This document shows, piece after piece, positions 63,753 to 64,000 of a stretch of 64,000 nt of DNA; position 1 is the stretch's first letter, and each line of letters starts with the position of its first letter. This DNA is from Octopus sinensis. Its lineage: Eukaryota. Both the position numbers and the translations under genes were made by a program. The DNA is taken from contig NC_043018.1 of the NCBI RefSeq assembly GCF_006345805.1, positions 24,428,001-24,492,000 on the forward strand, written 5' to 3'. The notes under the pieces are model-generated. The model was not told the origin of the DNA and ran no database searches. It saw nothing but the letters and a program-made list of their open reading frames with translations.

Positions 63753-64000
63753 TCCAGTCTGATCTGGCAGTGTTTCTACGGCTGGATGCCCTTCCTAACA
63801 CCAACCACTCTGAGTGTGTAGTGGGTGCTTTTTACGTGCCACCGGCACAGGGGCCAGAGGAGGCTGGCAAACGGCCACAATCGGATGGTGCTCTTTACAT
63901 TTCACCGACACAGATACCAGTCAGGTGGCGCTAGCATCAGCCACGTTCGGATGATGCTTTTTACATGCCACCGGCACTGGTATCATAACTACAATTTCCA

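Overview
AT-rich, repeat-dense eukaryotic genomic DNA. The SINE, MITE and microsatellite families match those I associate with octopus (coleoid cephalopod) genomes; this is an inference. Two spliced genes lie tail-to-tail. On +, the last two coding exons of protein O-mannosyltransferase 1 (615-792 and 7672-7855). On -, a complete 8-coding-exon, 287-aa stomatin/band-7 (SPFH) gene, with ATG at 41948 and stop at 21388; all splice phases were checked by hand and are compatible. Most other sequence is tRNA-derived SINEs, LINE relics (RTE, Tx1-like, R4/Dong-like, Hero-like), hAT and piggyBac MITEs, a Helentron-type element, Penelope-like relics, and micro/minisatellites. Almost all ORFs in the supplied track are repeat artefacts. 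Best leads: (1) a duplicated stomatin exon 3 whose second copy has a 1-nt deletion that makes it an in-frame cassette when both copies are spliced; (2) a SINE whose 3' tail matches a Tx1-like LINE in the window and which repeatedly joins other SINE copies at the same nucleotide; (3) a promoter-like island with a perfect antisense splice donor inside the POMT1 last intron; (4) hammerhead-ribozyme-like motifs, one in sense orientation in a stomatin intron; (5) an ~860-bp foldback in the POMT1 intron. Several near-identical tandem duplications could be assembly artefacts, which is the main caveat for lead 1.
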